Assembly (NCBI GenBank): GCA_963726685.1
Contig: CAVSDG010000008.1
Span: forward strand, 267,073 to 331,072
Origin: an uncultured Planctomycetota bacterium
GTDB taxonomy: Bacteria > Planctomycetota > Planctomycetia > Isosphaerales > Isosphaeraceae
Direction of reading: 5' to 3'
Length of the DNA: 64,000 nt
Shown piece after piece: positions 1 to 9,803 of the stretch (positions are counted from its first letter, which is position 1; every line of letters starts with the position of its first letter). The position numbers were made by a program, and so were the translations under genes. The notes under the pieces were generated by a model. The model was not told the origin of the DNA. It saw only the letters and a program-made list of their open reading frames with translations, and made no database searches.

Positions 1-1984
1 AGGAGGCGTCGCTCGAGCCGTTCCAGATCAACTTCTCGCCCGACCACGCCCTGCCGAGGAACGCGAACCCCGCTGGGTTGTTTGGGCCGGCCTGGAGGCC
101 CTTGCCCGTCGCCTTGTCGGGCCAGTTGATCGCCTCGACCGCGATCGTGTTCGCACCCTTGACCAGGTAGCGCGTCAGGTCGACGGACGTCGGCGGGGTC
201 CACTGATCGCTGGCCGCGGCTCTCATCCCGTTCACGTACAGGACAAACTCATTGTCGCAGGACACGGCGGCGATGGCCCGCGTCGGCTTCTCGGGCAAAT
301 TCACCGATGCCCGCAAGAAGATCCGCCCGCCCGGGTCCGACTTCGCCGCGCCGGGATGACTCCAGATCCAGGTGACCTCGCCCCCCTTCCCGGATGGCGT
401 CTCGCCCGCGATCGCCGCACGCGCGGCGGCAAGCTGGCCGCCCTGATTGCGACCGTCGGGCTTGAGCATGTCCGGGGTGACCGAGGGCCACCCGTCGGTC
501 AGTTGCGCGACGGCGTCGACGAACTGCTCAGCCGACATCCGCTTAACGAGTGGGCCGCGGAAGACGAACGACTTATCCTCCGGCCGCTGTGCGCCGACCG
601 AGGCCGATTGATAGGCCCGCGACTCGGCGATCAGGGTCATTGTCCGCTTGAGGTCGTAGCCGTGGTCCGCGAGGTCGGCCGCGAGCCAGTCGAGCACGTC
701 AGCGTCCCACGGCGGCTGGTCCAGGTCGTCGACGGTCTCGACCAGCCCGCGCCCGAAGAAGCACGCCCAGAGCCGATTGACGATGGTCCGCGCCAGCCGG
801 CCGTTCTGCGGGCTTGTCGTCAGCACGGCGAGCTGCTTCAGACGCTCGTCCTTCGGGGCCTTCGCGTCGATGTTGCCGAGCGTCGGGAACAGGAACGACG
901 TCGAGGCCAGGCGGCCGGTCGGCTTGTCGCAGCGGTTGATCTCCAGCGGTGCGTCGGCGAAGACGTTGGCCAATCCGTAGGCCTCGTCGAGTTTCCACTG
1001 GTTGATGAAGCTGTCGTGGCACGACGCGCACTTGAGGTTCGTGCCGAGGAAGACTTGCGAGATCACCTGCGCGGCCTGCATCTCCTTCCGCTGGCTCGCG
1101 TTGACGACGCCTCGCCAGACGATCCCCTTGATGAACCCCTCCGACCCCGGAACTGGCTTGATCAACTCCCGGACGAACTCGTCATACGGCATGTCGTCGT
1201 ACAGGGCCTTGAACAGCCAGCCCGTGATCTGCCGGCGTCCGTCGTCGATGAAGCCGGTACCGCGATACGCATTACGAAGCGCGTCGTTCCAGAACGTGAG
1301 CCAGTGTTCGGCATAGTCCTCGCGGTCGTCCAGTAGACCCCGGATGAACCGGGCCCGCTTGTCGGGCCGGCCGTCCTTCTCCAGGGGCTCGACCTCGGAA
1401 GGCGTAGGCAGCAAGCCGATGAGGTCGAGCTTCGCCCGGCGGGCGAAAACACGATCAGAGTCGACCGGACTCAGCGAGATGCCATACTTGCGGCAATACG
1501 GCTGGAGGAGACGGTCGATCGGGTTGGTCAACCCAGCGTCTGCGGCGGGCACCTCGGGCCGCCTCGGCTCAAGTCGGGCCGTCTTCACCGGCCGGCTGAT
1601 CGTGATCCCCTCGTCCCAGCCCAGACCCTGGTCGATCCAGGCCCGCAGGATGCCCACCTCGTCGGCCGAGAGCCTCGGCCGGTTCGACGCCGGCATGATT
1701 CGATCGGCGTCCATCCCCGCGACGAGCTCGACGAGCAGGCTCTCGCCGCCCTTCCCTGCAATCGCCGCCGGGCCGGACTCACCCCCCTTCAGGATGGCCT
1801 GACGAGTCGCGATTCCAAGCCCTCCCTTCGGATTGGGCCCGACGTGGCACTCGGCGCAGCGACGCTGGAGGATCGGCAGGACTTCCTTGTGGAAGTCGAC
1901 CCGATGCCCCGCCGCGGCGGGTATCTTGGGGTCATCCCCGGTCGCCCCGAGCATCGCGACGGAAAGGACTAAGGCGTCGAGCAT
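1..1984 (-). CDS. PSCyt1/DUF1549/DUF1553-family protein (Planctomycete cytochrome-c domain protein); C-terminus lies beyond the left edge
   Basis: Own translation of the minus frame from ATG 1984-1982 gives MLDALVLSVAMLGATGDD. It contains a CAECH haem motif, DUF1549-like DYAEHWLTFWNDALRN and DUF1553-like RTIVNRLWACFFGRGLVETVDD. The frame stays open to base 1, so it is absent from the ORF track. The + ORF 356..1336 is its antisense shadow. Confidence 0.85.
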   Translation of the reverse strand, partial: MLDALVLSVAMLGATGDDPKIPAAAGHRVDFHKEVLPILQRRCAECHVGPNPKGGLGIATRQAILKGGESGPAAIAGKGGESLLVELVAGMDADRIMPASNRPRLSADEVGILRAWIDQGLGWDEGITISRPVKTARLEPRRPEVPAADAGLTNPIDRLLQPYCRKYGISLSPVDSDRVFARRAKLDLIGLLPTPSEVEPLEKDGRPDKRARFIRGLLDDREDYAEHWLTFWNDALRNAYRGTGFIDDGRRQITGWLFKALYDDMPYDEFVRELIKPVPGSEGFIKGIVWRGVVNASQRKEMQAAQVISQVFLGTNLKCASCHDSFINQWKLDEAYGLANVFADAPLEINRCDKPTGRLASTSFLFPTLGNIDAKAPKDERLKQLAVLTTSPQNGRLARTIVNRLWACFFGRGLVETVDDLDQPPWDADVLDWLAADLADHGYDLKRTMTLIAESRAYQSASVGAQRPEDKSFVFRGPLVKRMSAEQFVDAVAQLTDGWPSVTPDMLKPDGRNQGGQLAAARAAIAGETPSGKGGEVTWIWSHPGAAKSDPGGRIFLRASVNLPEKPTRAIAAVSCDNEFVLYVNGMRAAASDQWTPPTSVDLTRYLVKGANTIAVEAINWPDKATGKGLQAGPNNPAGFAFLGRAWSGEKLIWNGSSDAS

Positions 1985-2041
1985 CGCCGTCTCCGATCCC
2001 AGGGGGGCGAGTGCGATCTTCAACAACGACCAATAAACGAC

Positions 2042-2067
2042 ACAACCCCCGTTGAACAGGGGGTTGT
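2042..2067 (-). terminator. Candidate intrinsic terminator hairpin downstream of the 2287..2907 gene
   Basis: 9-bp stem ACAACCCCC/GGGGGTTGT with an 8-nt loop. On the minus strand it is followed by GTCGTTTATTGG. Confidence 0.35.
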
Positions 2068-2286
2068 CATCGTCCGGCCGGTCATCGTCGCGGGAAGCGG
2101 AGAAGACGGGACGGCAATTGAACTTTTTATCGCCGCGGTTCGGGACTGGGACACTGGATTGTGGCGATTTCTCGAAGCTTCAGCAGATGGGAAGTGACCG
2201 AACGATAAGCTAACTTGCCGGGGCCGCTGCAACGACGACATGCTGCGCAAAACTGGAATGCGGCCCCGGTCAATTTGAGCGACTTG

Positions 2287-2907
2287 TTAGCCCCCACGCT
2301 GCTCCGCAAGTTTGAACATCGCGGAGTACTTCTTTTCGTTGGCGGAGTCGCCGAGTTCCGCGTAGGCACCGGCAAGCTCCCCGTAGATGAAGTACGAGGA
2401 AGGTTCTTCTTCGACGGCAACCTTGAACATCTCCGCGGCCTCTCGAAACCGCCGCTCATCTCTAAGAATGTAGCCGAGATCTTCTGCAATGTAGCCTTTT
2501 CGCCTGGCAATCGCGAGGCCCTGCTTCAGAATGTCGATGCCGATCTGCGGCCGGTTCTTGGAGTAGAACAACTCGTAGACTCCGAAGCAATCCAAGGCTA
2601 CGGCAGGGATGATTTCGCCAGGAAACTCATGATGTAATCCGTAGCGAAGCGAGCCGGTCTCTAGAATGAAGGCGTAATCGCTAATCCGCTCCGGAAGGTT
2701 CATGTCAATGTAGCAATTGTGGATCGTAGCATCGGGAAGAATATTCAGTGCCTTCATTACGTGGTAGCCGTCGGCTTCCGTGTCCGACAGAAGCTCCGTC
2801 TGGAGCGGTTCAAGCTGCCAATCGCGGGGGTGTTCCGCCCCTGAGTCAAGGACACGAAAGAACTTGACGTGCACATTCGCAGAAATCGCGTCAACGAACT
2901 TCGCCAT
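2287..2907 (-). CDS. Hypothetical protein with TPR-like C-terminal helices, lower-G+C gene
   Basis: 206-aa ORF from the track. The C-terminus (GLAIARRKGYIAEDLGYILRDERRFREAAEMFKVAVEEEPSSYFIYGELAGAYAELGD) looks like TPR repeats. Codon usage is A/T-richer than in neighbouring genes. No family recognised for the N-terminal half. Confidence 0.6.
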   Translation of the reverse strand: MAKFVDAISANVHVKFFRVLDSGAEHPRDWQLEPLQTELLSDTEADGYHVMKALNILPDATIHNCYIDMNLPERISDYAFILETGSLRYGLHHEFPGEIIPAVALDCFGVYELFYSKNRPQIGIDILKQGLAIARRKGYIAEDLGYILRDERRFREAAEMFKVAVEEEPSSYFIYGELAGAYAELGDSANEKKYSAMFKLAEQRGG

Positions 2908-2998
2908 GAGCCCGTCGTCTTTGGGGGCTAAGAAGCTGTTTCAAAACCCCGGGATTTCTGTAAACTACCGCCATCGCCGACCGCAAGGAGGCTCAGGC

Positions 2999-3795
2999 AT
3001 GGCGGAACTCGTCACGGACAAGCTCTGGTCGATCATCGAGCCGTTGTTACCCAAGTCGCCGCCCGGTCCGAAGGGGGGACGGCCTCGGATCTCGGACCGC
3101 CAGGCGCTCGCGGGCGTCATCTTCGTCCTCAAGACCGGCATCCCCTGGCAGGCCCTACCCCGGGAGATGAATTGCGGCAGCGGCAGCACCTGCTGGCGGC
3201 GATTCGCCCTCTGGACGACGCTCGATGTGTGGCCGCGACTGCATGCGGCGCTGCTTACCGCCCTGGGCAAGGCGGGGGCGATCAATCTCGAACGCGCGGT
3301 GATCGACAGCGCGAGCGTCCGCGCGGTTTTTGGGGGGCGCACACCGGTCCGAATCCGACGGATCGAGCCAAGGCGGGCTGCAAGCACCACATCTTGACCG
3401 ATGCTCGAGGGGTGCCCCTGGTGGTGAAGACCACCCCGGCGAACATTCGCGATGACGCGATGACAGAGGCGATGGTGCTGAGCATGCGCCCGGTCCAAGG
3501 GGCCCTGGGTCGGCCTCGGACGAGGCCCAAAGTGCTCCAAGGGGACGCCGGCTACGGCTCGGCCGCGAACAAGGCCCGAGTTCGATGTTTGGGGGTCGAA
3601 CCCCTGCTCGCGTCGCTGGGGAAGGCTCGGGAGCATGGCAGCGGCCTGGGCAAGACACGGTACGTCGTCGAGCGCACCTTGAGCTGGTTCGGGAACGCCC
3701 GGAGGCTCAAGATGTGCTACGAGAAGAAGGGGGCTCACTTCCAGGCCTTTCACGAATTGGCGGCCTCGCTGATCTGCCTCAAGCGCATCGCATGA
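2999..3795 (+). CDS. IS5-family transposase, two frames joined by a probable programmed -1 frameshift
   Basis: The first frame reads MAELVTDKLWSIIEPLLPKSPPGPKGGRPRISDRQAL...DSASVRAVFGG. The -1 frame reads AHTGPNPTDRAKAGCKHHILTDARGVPLVV...YEKKGAHFQAFHELAASLICLKRIA. AAGGAGG lies 7 nt upstream of the ATG. The join is at the T5G6 run. Confidence 0.85.
3327..3337 (+). promoter_or_regulatory. Putative -1 ribosomal frameshift site TTTTTGGGGGG in the IS5 transposase
   Basis: The two transposase frames overlap only here. Reading GGG GGG and slipping back one base gives GCG CAC ACC (AHT), which continues the conserved transposase sequence. Confidence 0.5.
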
Positions 3796-3991
3796 GGGTT
3801 TTGAAACAGCTTCTAACTTGTGATTAGCTAACCTTAACGCGAAACAGTAGTCGGTCAGCTTTGGCCCGTCAATCAGCGAACTTCTCAGTTTTTCATTAGG
3901 TTGGGCGGAATGCAGCAGCGCGAATTGACCGAGCAATTCTTGCCCGGCACACTGCGTATGAAATTCCTGGATCGTTAACGGAACGTCGAGA

Positions 3992-4034
3992 CGGAGGACG
4001 GGATTTGAACTGCGGATCGTCTGACCGCGAGACG
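3992..4034 (-). other. tRNA-like 3' fragment (possible att-type scar derived from the tRNA-Ser 3' end)
   Basis: On the minus strand it reads CGTCT-CGCGGTC-AGACG ... CAGTTCAAATCCCGTCCTCCG. It shares the TTCAAATCCC T-loop region and the TCCTCCG acceptor strand with the tRNA-Ser 150 bp away. The T stem does not pair and the loop lacks U33, so it is not a functional tRNA. Confidence 0.3.
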
Positions 4035-4167
4035 AATTGCGTCAACTTATACGGAATCGTGAAACATTCCGCTCGATCATTGAACTTAATGGTCGACTCG
4101 CAAGTACCGTCCTAACACGGGGAAAGCCCTTCGACGTGCTCGTCAAAGAGCGGTCTCTAAAAACAAG

Positions 4168-4255
4168 CGGAGGAGGTGGGATTCAAACCCACGGTACCCC
4201 GAAGGGGTACACCGGTTTTCGAGACCGGCCCTTTCAACCACTCAGGCACCCCTCC
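4168..4255 (-). tRNA. tRNA-Ser (anticodon CGA)
   Basis: Folded by hand: acceptor GGAGGGG/CTCCTCC (one G-U pair), anticodon arm CCGGT-CTCGAAA-ACCGG, long variable arm GTACCCC-TTCG-GGGGTAC, T arm GTGGG-TTTGAAT-CCCAC. CCA is not encoded. Confidence 0.95.
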
Positions 4256-4279
4256 GGGTGATTCGATCCGTCTCGGTCG

Positions 4280-4801
4280 CTAGGCTCCGTCCCTCGGTCG
4301 TCGTTCCTGGAAAAATCGGGTGAGGATGGCCCCGCAGTCCTCGGCGAGGATGCCCCGCGTGATCCCGGCCCGGTGGTTGAGGCGGGGGTCGGAGACGATC
4401 CGGTAGAGGCTGTCGCAGGCGCCGGCCTTCGGGTCGGCAGCGCCGTAGACGACGCGGGCGATCCTCGCCTGCACGATCGCCCCGGCGCACATCGGGCAGG
4501 GCTCGAGGGTCACGTACAGGGTGCAGCCGTCGAGTCGCCAGGTGCCGAGGACCTCGCCCGCGAGTGTCAGGGCGAGCCGCTCGGCATGCGCCGTGGGATC
4601 GCCGAGGGTTTCTCGCAAGTTGTGGGCCTGGGAGACGATCCGTCCCGACTCGACCACGACGGCCCCGACGGGCACCTCGCCCCGGTCGAAGGCCAGTTGG
4701 GCCTGCTCCACGGCGACTTGCATCGCGGCCTCGTCGGCCGCCCGGCTCGGTTCGTCGATGGCTCCCGCCTCGCGCGGGTCGCGACGGATCATGCTCCCCA
4801 C
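4280..4801 (-). CDS. tadA: tRNA-specific adenosine deaminase
   Basis: Contains VPVGAVVV...HAERLAL...[15 protein letters not shown], the CDA-type H-A-E and PC-x2-C zinc motifs. Size is typical at 173 aa. Confidence 0.9.
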   Translation of the reverse strand: MGSMIRRDPREAGAIDEPSRAADEAAMQVAVEQAQLAFDRGEVPVGAVVVESGRIVSQAHNLRETLGDPTAHAERLALTLAGEVLGTWRLDGCTLYVTLEPCPMCAGAIVQARIARVVYGAADPKAGACDSLYRIVSDPRLNHRAGITRGILAEDCGAILTRFFQERRPRDGA

Positions 4802-4930
4802 CTTCGACCGGTGGCGAACTCGAACTGTATTGTCTCAGGCGCGTTCCTCGATTTCAAGTCCAGCACACTCTTCCGGCCGGAGCACCGGATCGCCGCGCTC
4901 GCGAGTCCTGCGAAGACGTGGAATAATATC

Positions 4931-6416
4931 TATGATGATGTCCCGGCCGTAGTGGAAGGTTGACCCGAAGAAATCGGTGGCGGCTCCCAGCTGGAGGGAC
5001 ATACCCTCCGGTTGCCAAACCTTCACGAGGAGCCACCACCGATGACCCGACGCTACCAGATCGTCGACCGACCCGACAGTAGATCCACGCTCGACCCCGC
5101 CAAGCTCGCCACACTCCTCGCCAAGGAGGGCCAACTCCTGCTGCCCCTGCTCGACCTCATCGAGCATGCGGAGGCCGCCGTCGACGACCTCATCGACGTC
5201 ATGGGACGGGCCACGATCGAGGCCGTCCTGCTCATGAGCGCCGCCGCCGTGGCCGGCCCCAAGCAACAGGGCAAGAAGGCCGGCCGCGACATCGCCTACC
5301 ACGGCAGCCAGACCGGCCGGGTCGCCCTGAAGGAGCGACAACTCCGCGTGACCAAGCCCAGGCTCCGCAAGAAGGCCCCCCGGCCCGGAGAGGCCGGCGA
5401 GGTCGAGATCCCGGCCTATGAGGCGATGCGCAAGGACGGACGGTTGGCCGACCGCATGCTCGAGATCCTCATCGACGGCGTCTCGACCCGCCGCTACGAG
5501 GGCGTGCTGCCGGAGATGGCCGCGACGGTCGGGGTGTCCAAGAGCCAGGTCTCGCGAGACGATCGCGGCCGGCGAGCGGCTCCTGAAAGAGATGGCCGAG
5601 CGCGACCTGAAGGGGCTGGAGCTGCTGGCCATCTGGATCGACGGCCTCCAGCTCGGCGGGCACCATGTGATCTGCGCCGTGGGCGTCGATGCCAAGGGGT
5701 ACAAGCACGTCCTGGGCTTGCGCGAGGGGGCGACCGAGAACGCGGCGGTCGCCACGGCACTCTTGGAGGACCTGGTCCGCCGCGGCCTCGATCCGGCCCG
5801 TCCGCGACTCTTCGTCATCGACGGCTCGAAGGCCCTGCGGTCGGCCATCGGCGCGGTGTTCGGGGCCGATCAACCGGTCCAGCGCTGCCGCAACCATAAG
5901 CAGAGGAACGTGACGTCGCACCTGCCCAAGGGCCAGCACGAGCAGGCCCTGGCGACGCTGCGGGCGGCGTTCAAGCTGGAGGCGGCCGAGGGCATGGCCA
6001 AGCTCGAGCAGTACGCCTCCTGGCTGGAGCGGGAGTGGCCCGGGGCGGCGGCCTCGCTCCGCGAGGGCCTGGAGGAGCTGTTCACGGTGAATCGGCTCGG
6101 GCTGACGAGCTCGCTGCGCCGCTGCCTGGGCACGACGAACCTGATCGACAGCGGGCACTCGGCGGCTCGGGATCGGATGCGTCGGGTGAAGAACTGGCAG
6201 AGCGGCGAGATGGCCCTGCGTTGGACGGCGGCTTCGTTCGAGGCGGCCTCGAAGGGCTTCCGGCGGATCATGGGCTACAAGGACCTCTGGACGCTCAAGG
6301 CCATCCTGGACGAGCGCGATCGCGACAAGCAGCTTGCCCGTCAGGCGGTTGCCGGATAGGGTCAGATCGCGCCCCGAGCCGCCGCCACTTCCAACTACCG
6401 GCGGGTCATCATCATA
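4931..6416 (+). mobile_element. IS256-family insertion sequence, about 1.49 kb
   Basis: Imperfect terminal inverted repeats: left TATGATGATGTCCCGGCCGTAGTGGAAG, and reverse complement of the right end TATGATGATGACCCGCCGGTAGTTGGAAG. ATATC is present on both flanks (4926-4930 and 6417-6421). It lies in the tadA / DUF1801 divergent intergenic region. Confidence 0.8.
5042..6359 (+). CDS. IS256-family (Mutator-type) transposase, frame broken near 5556
   Basis: MTRRYQIVDRP...GVLPEMAATVGVSKSQVSR continues in another frame as ETIAAGERLLKEMAERDLKGLELLAIWIDGLQLGGHHVICAVGVDAKGYKHVLGL...QRCRNHKQRNV. One missing base in TCGCGAG explains the shift. Confidence 0.85.
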
Positions 6417-6451
6417 ATATCGCAGGGAGAACATTCGTCAGGGGGCCAACC

Positions 6452-7056
6452 ATGGGGACGCGAGACGCCCGGGTCGATGCCTACATTGCCAAGTCCGCCG
6501 ATTTCGCCAGGCCGATTCTCGAGCATATCCGCGAGGTCGTGCACGCGGCCTGCCCCAACGTCGTCGAGACGATGAAGTGGAGCTTCCCGCACTTCGATTA
6601 CAAGGGAATGATGTGCGGGATGTCCGCGTTCAAGGAGCACTGCGCCTTGGCTTCTGGAAGGGCTCGCTGATCGTCCCCGACGCCGGGAGCGAAGAAAAGG
6701 CAATGGGCCAGTTCGGGCGGATCACCAAGCTCTCCGATCTGCCCTCGAAGAAGATCCTGACCGGCTACATCAAGCAGGCGATGAAGCTGAACGACGAAGG
6801 CGTCAAATCGCCGAGCCGCATGAAGCCGAAGGCGCCGAAGCCCGCGCTGGCCGTCCCGGTCGAGCTCGCGAAAGCCCTCGCGGCCAACCATGCAGCGCGG
6901 GCAACATTCGAGAAGTTCTCGCCCAGCCACAAGCGCGAGTACGTCGAGTGGATCACCGAGGCCAAGACCGAGGCCACTCGCACCCGTCGCCTTCAGACCG
7001 CGCTCGAATGGATGGCGGAGGGGAAGCCCAGGAACTGGAAGTATCTGAATTGCTAA
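6452..7056 (+). CDS. DUF1801/YdeI-family protein, frame broken near 6650
   Basis: MGTRDARVDAYIAKSADFARPILEHIREVVHAACPNVVETMKWSFPHFDYKGMMCGMSAFKEHCAL joins GFWKGSLIV...SPSHKREYVEWITEAKTEATRTRRLQTALEWMAEGKPRNWKY if one G is restored (TTGGC to TTGGGC). Confidence 0.75.
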
Positions 7057-7935
7057 GAAGCTGTTTCAAAACCCCGGGATTTCTGTAAACTACCGCCATC
7101 GCCGACCGCAAGGAGGCTCAGGCATGGCGGAACTCGTCACGGACAAGCTCTGGTCGATCATCGAGCCGTTGTTACCCAAGTCGCCGCCCGGTCCGAAGGG
7201 GGGACGGCCTCGGATCTCGGACCGCCAGGCGCGTCGCGGGCGTCATCTTCGTCCTCAAGACCGGCATCCCCTGGCAGGCCCTACCCGGGGAGATGAATTG
7301 CGGCAGCGGCAGCACCTGCTGGCGGCGATTCGCCCTCTGGACGACGCTCGATGTGTGGCCGCGACTGCATGCGGCGCTGCTTACCGCCCTGGGCAAGGCG
7401 GGGGCGATCAATCTCGAACGCGCGGTGATCGACAGCGCGAGCGTCCGCGCGGTTTTGGGGGCGCACACGGTCCGAATCCGACGGATCGAGCCAAGGCGGG
7501 CTGCAAGCGCCACATCTTGACCGATGCTCGAGGGGTGCCCCTGGTGGTGAAGACCACCCCGGCGAACATTCGCGATGACGCGATGACAGAGGCGATGGTG
7601 CTGAGCATGCACCGGTCCAAGGGGCCCTGGGTCGGCCTCGGACGAGGCCCAAAGTGCTCCAAGGGGACGCCGGCTACGGCTCGGCCGCGAACAAGGCCCG
7701 AGTTCGATGTTTGGGGGTCGAACCCCTGCTCGCGTCGCTGGGGAAGGCTCGGGAGCATGGCAGCGGCCTGGGCAAGACACGGTACGTCGTCGAGCGCACC
7801 TTGAGCTGGTTCGGGAACGCCCGGAGGCTCAAGATGTGCTACGAGAAGAAGGGGGCTCACTTCCAGGCCTTTCACGAATTGGCGGCCTCGCTGATCTGCC
7901 TCAAGCGCATCGCATGAGGGTTTTGAAACAGCTTC
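7057..7935 (+). mobile_element. IS5-family insertion sequence, copy 2, 879 bp, same orientation as copy 1
   Basis: Same terminal inverted repeats and TAA flanks (7054-7056, 7936-7938). It differs from copy 1 by about six small changes, four of them homopolymer-length changes. Confidence 0.9.
7124..7917 (+). pseudogene. IS5-family transposase, multiply frameshifted as sequenced
   Basis: Relative to copy 1 there is an extra G near 7232, T4G5 instead of T5G6 at the slip site, one C fewer near 7460, and a change near 7610. The conserved peptide is scattered over three frames. Confidence 0.75.
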
Positions 7936-7938
7936 TAA

Positions 7939-7961
7939 GTCGCCGACGTTCGCCCGGCGAC
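7939..7961 (+). terminator. Hairpin that was probably the terminator of the DUF1801 gene before IS insertion
   Basis: GTCGCCG-acgttcgcc-CGGCGAC lies immediately after the right TAA flank of IS5 copy 2. Confidence 0.3.
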
Positions 7962-8033
7962 TGACGCTCGAGTCCCGTCACGACGTGGGCCGTTCATAGC
8001 GTCTGTGATAGTCTGGGCTCCGCCCAAGCCGCG

Positions 8034-9775
8034 TTGGCCTCGGACCCGGTTGGACTCTCACCGATGCACGGTAATCGCGACGAGACTAATCCCTACTTCC
8101 CGAACGTTGAGCCTACAGACGAGCCGACGCTTCGGCTCCCGCCGTCTATGACGCCGGCCGGCGGGGATGCCGGCGCGGCCGAGGGCCGGGCGCAAGTTGC
8201 ACTCGTCGCTGGGACGGGTCCGCAACTCTCGACGGTCACCAGCTCCCTTCGACTGCGGCGACTCCGCGCCGCGGCCTTGTTCCTCATCGCAATGCAGGGC
8301 CTATTGCTGACCTGGCGCGTCGCGATCGGAGGGGGGGGCCTCTGGCAGTTGAACGTCGCGATAATCCTTGGGCTGGGCGCCGCGGCGGCCTTCCTCCAGG
8401 GCAAAGGTCCCTTCTCCGAGCGGCGGATCAAGGGAGTCGAGGCCGCACTGTTCGGGCTCATGGTCGTCTATCTGGCCGTGCGGCAATATCAACTGATCGT
8501 GGACGACCAGGTCAGCCCCACCGAGCTGCTGGCCGTCGGGCGGGGATCGATGATCCTGGCCATCCTGCTCATGTTCGTCTACACGAAGTTCGTGCCCAAC
8601 GACTGGAAGGGCACGGCCCGTGTGGTGATCCCGATCGCGCTCGTGCCGGCCTCGACGACGATCGTCGCGGCGCTGATCCATCCCGAGGTCTTCCGTCGGG
8701 TCCACGAGTCGGCATCGCTTTCGAGCATCAGCGAGAATGTGCTGTTCATGTCCGTCGCTTCGATCCTGGCGATCTACGGGGCGCACGTGCAGAACACGCT
8801 GCGCACGGAGGCCTTCGAGGCGAGGCAGCTCAACCAGTACCGGCTCGTGAGGCGGCTCGGCTCGGGCGGGATGGGCGAGGTCTTCCTGGCCGAGCACCAC
8901 ATGATGAAGCGCCGTGCGCGCTGAAACGAATCCGCGCCGACAAGGCCGGCGATCCCGCGACGCTCGCCCGCTTCGAGCGCGAGGTCCGGGCCACGTCGCG
9001 ACTCTCGCACCCGCACACGATCGAGATCTACGACTTCGGCCGCACCGACGACGGCACGTTTTATTACGTGATGGAATATCTTCCCGGGATGAGCCTGGCC
9101 GATATCGTCGAGACGCACGGCCCGATGCCCTTCGGCCGGGTGATTTACCTGCTCCGCCAGGCCTGCGGCGCGCTGGCCGAGGCCCACGCGTCGGGGCTGA
9201 TCCATCGCGACCTGAAGCCCGCGAACATCTTCGTCGCCAGGCGCGGCGGGGCGTGGGATTTCGTCAAGGTGCTCGACTTTGGCCTGGTCAAGGACCGCGA
9301 CGCGGACCCGAGCGACCCCCGCATCAGCCGCGAGCATAGCGTCCAGGGCACCCCGACCTACATGGCGCCCGAGCAGGTCCTCGGCCGCCCTGAGATGGAC
9401 CACCGGATCGACCTCTACGCGCTCGGCTGCATCGCCTACACCGTGCTCACCGGCCGCCCGCCCTTCGAGGAGGCGGGCGCCGTCGCGGTGATGATCGCCC
9501 ACGCGAAGTCCGAGGTCGAGCCCCCGTCGCTGCACCGTCCCGGACTGCCGGAGGACCTCGAGCGGGTCATCCTCCGCTGCCTCGCGAAGGACCGGGACGA
9601 CCGCTATCCCGACGCCATCGCCCTCGAGCGCGCCTTCGCGTCGTGCGCGTCGGCCTCGGAGTGGGATGAAGCCGAGGCCGAGCGCTGGTGGCGCGATTTC
9701 GAGCCGGGTCGGGAACCCGACGGATCGCCCCTCACGTCGGTTCGGACGGACCCCGCCCCGGCCCCCGCCGTGTGA
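8034..9775 (+). CDS. Ser/Thr protein kinase with an N-terminal polytopic membrane domain, frame broken near 8912
   Basis: TTG start. About six hydrophobic segments are followed by YRLVRRLGSGGMGEVFLAEHHMMKR. After one C is restored, the sequence continues PCALKRIRADKAGDP...HPHTIEIYDFG...LIHRDLKPANIF...DFGLV...GTPTYMAPE (Hanks motifs). Confidence 0.85.
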
Positions 9776-9803
9776 GGCGATCTATCGTGCTCCAGGGGTG
9801 AGC

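Larger units (their letters stand above)
2932..3813 (+). mobile_element. IS5-family insertion sequence (IS427/IS1031-like two-frame type), copy 1, 882 bp
   Basis: Perfect terminal inverted repeats GAAGCTGTTTCAAAACCC...GGGTTTTGAAACAGCTTC. Flanked by TAA at 2929-2931 and 3814-3816. A second copy lies at 7057..7935. Confidence 0.9.

Noticed and set aside
3992-4075. A second functional tRNA gene next to tRNA-Ser
   Set aside because: Only an anticodon-like hairpin and an acceptor/T-loop-like stretch are present. The T stem does not pair, the loop CGCGGTC lacks U33 and a purine at position 37, and no D arm or 5' acceptor strand can be found.
2932-7935. Definite composite transposon formed by the two IS5 copies
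   Set aside because: Each copy has its own TAA on both sides, and TAA is the preferred target, so the flanks carry no information. I report it as a possibility only.
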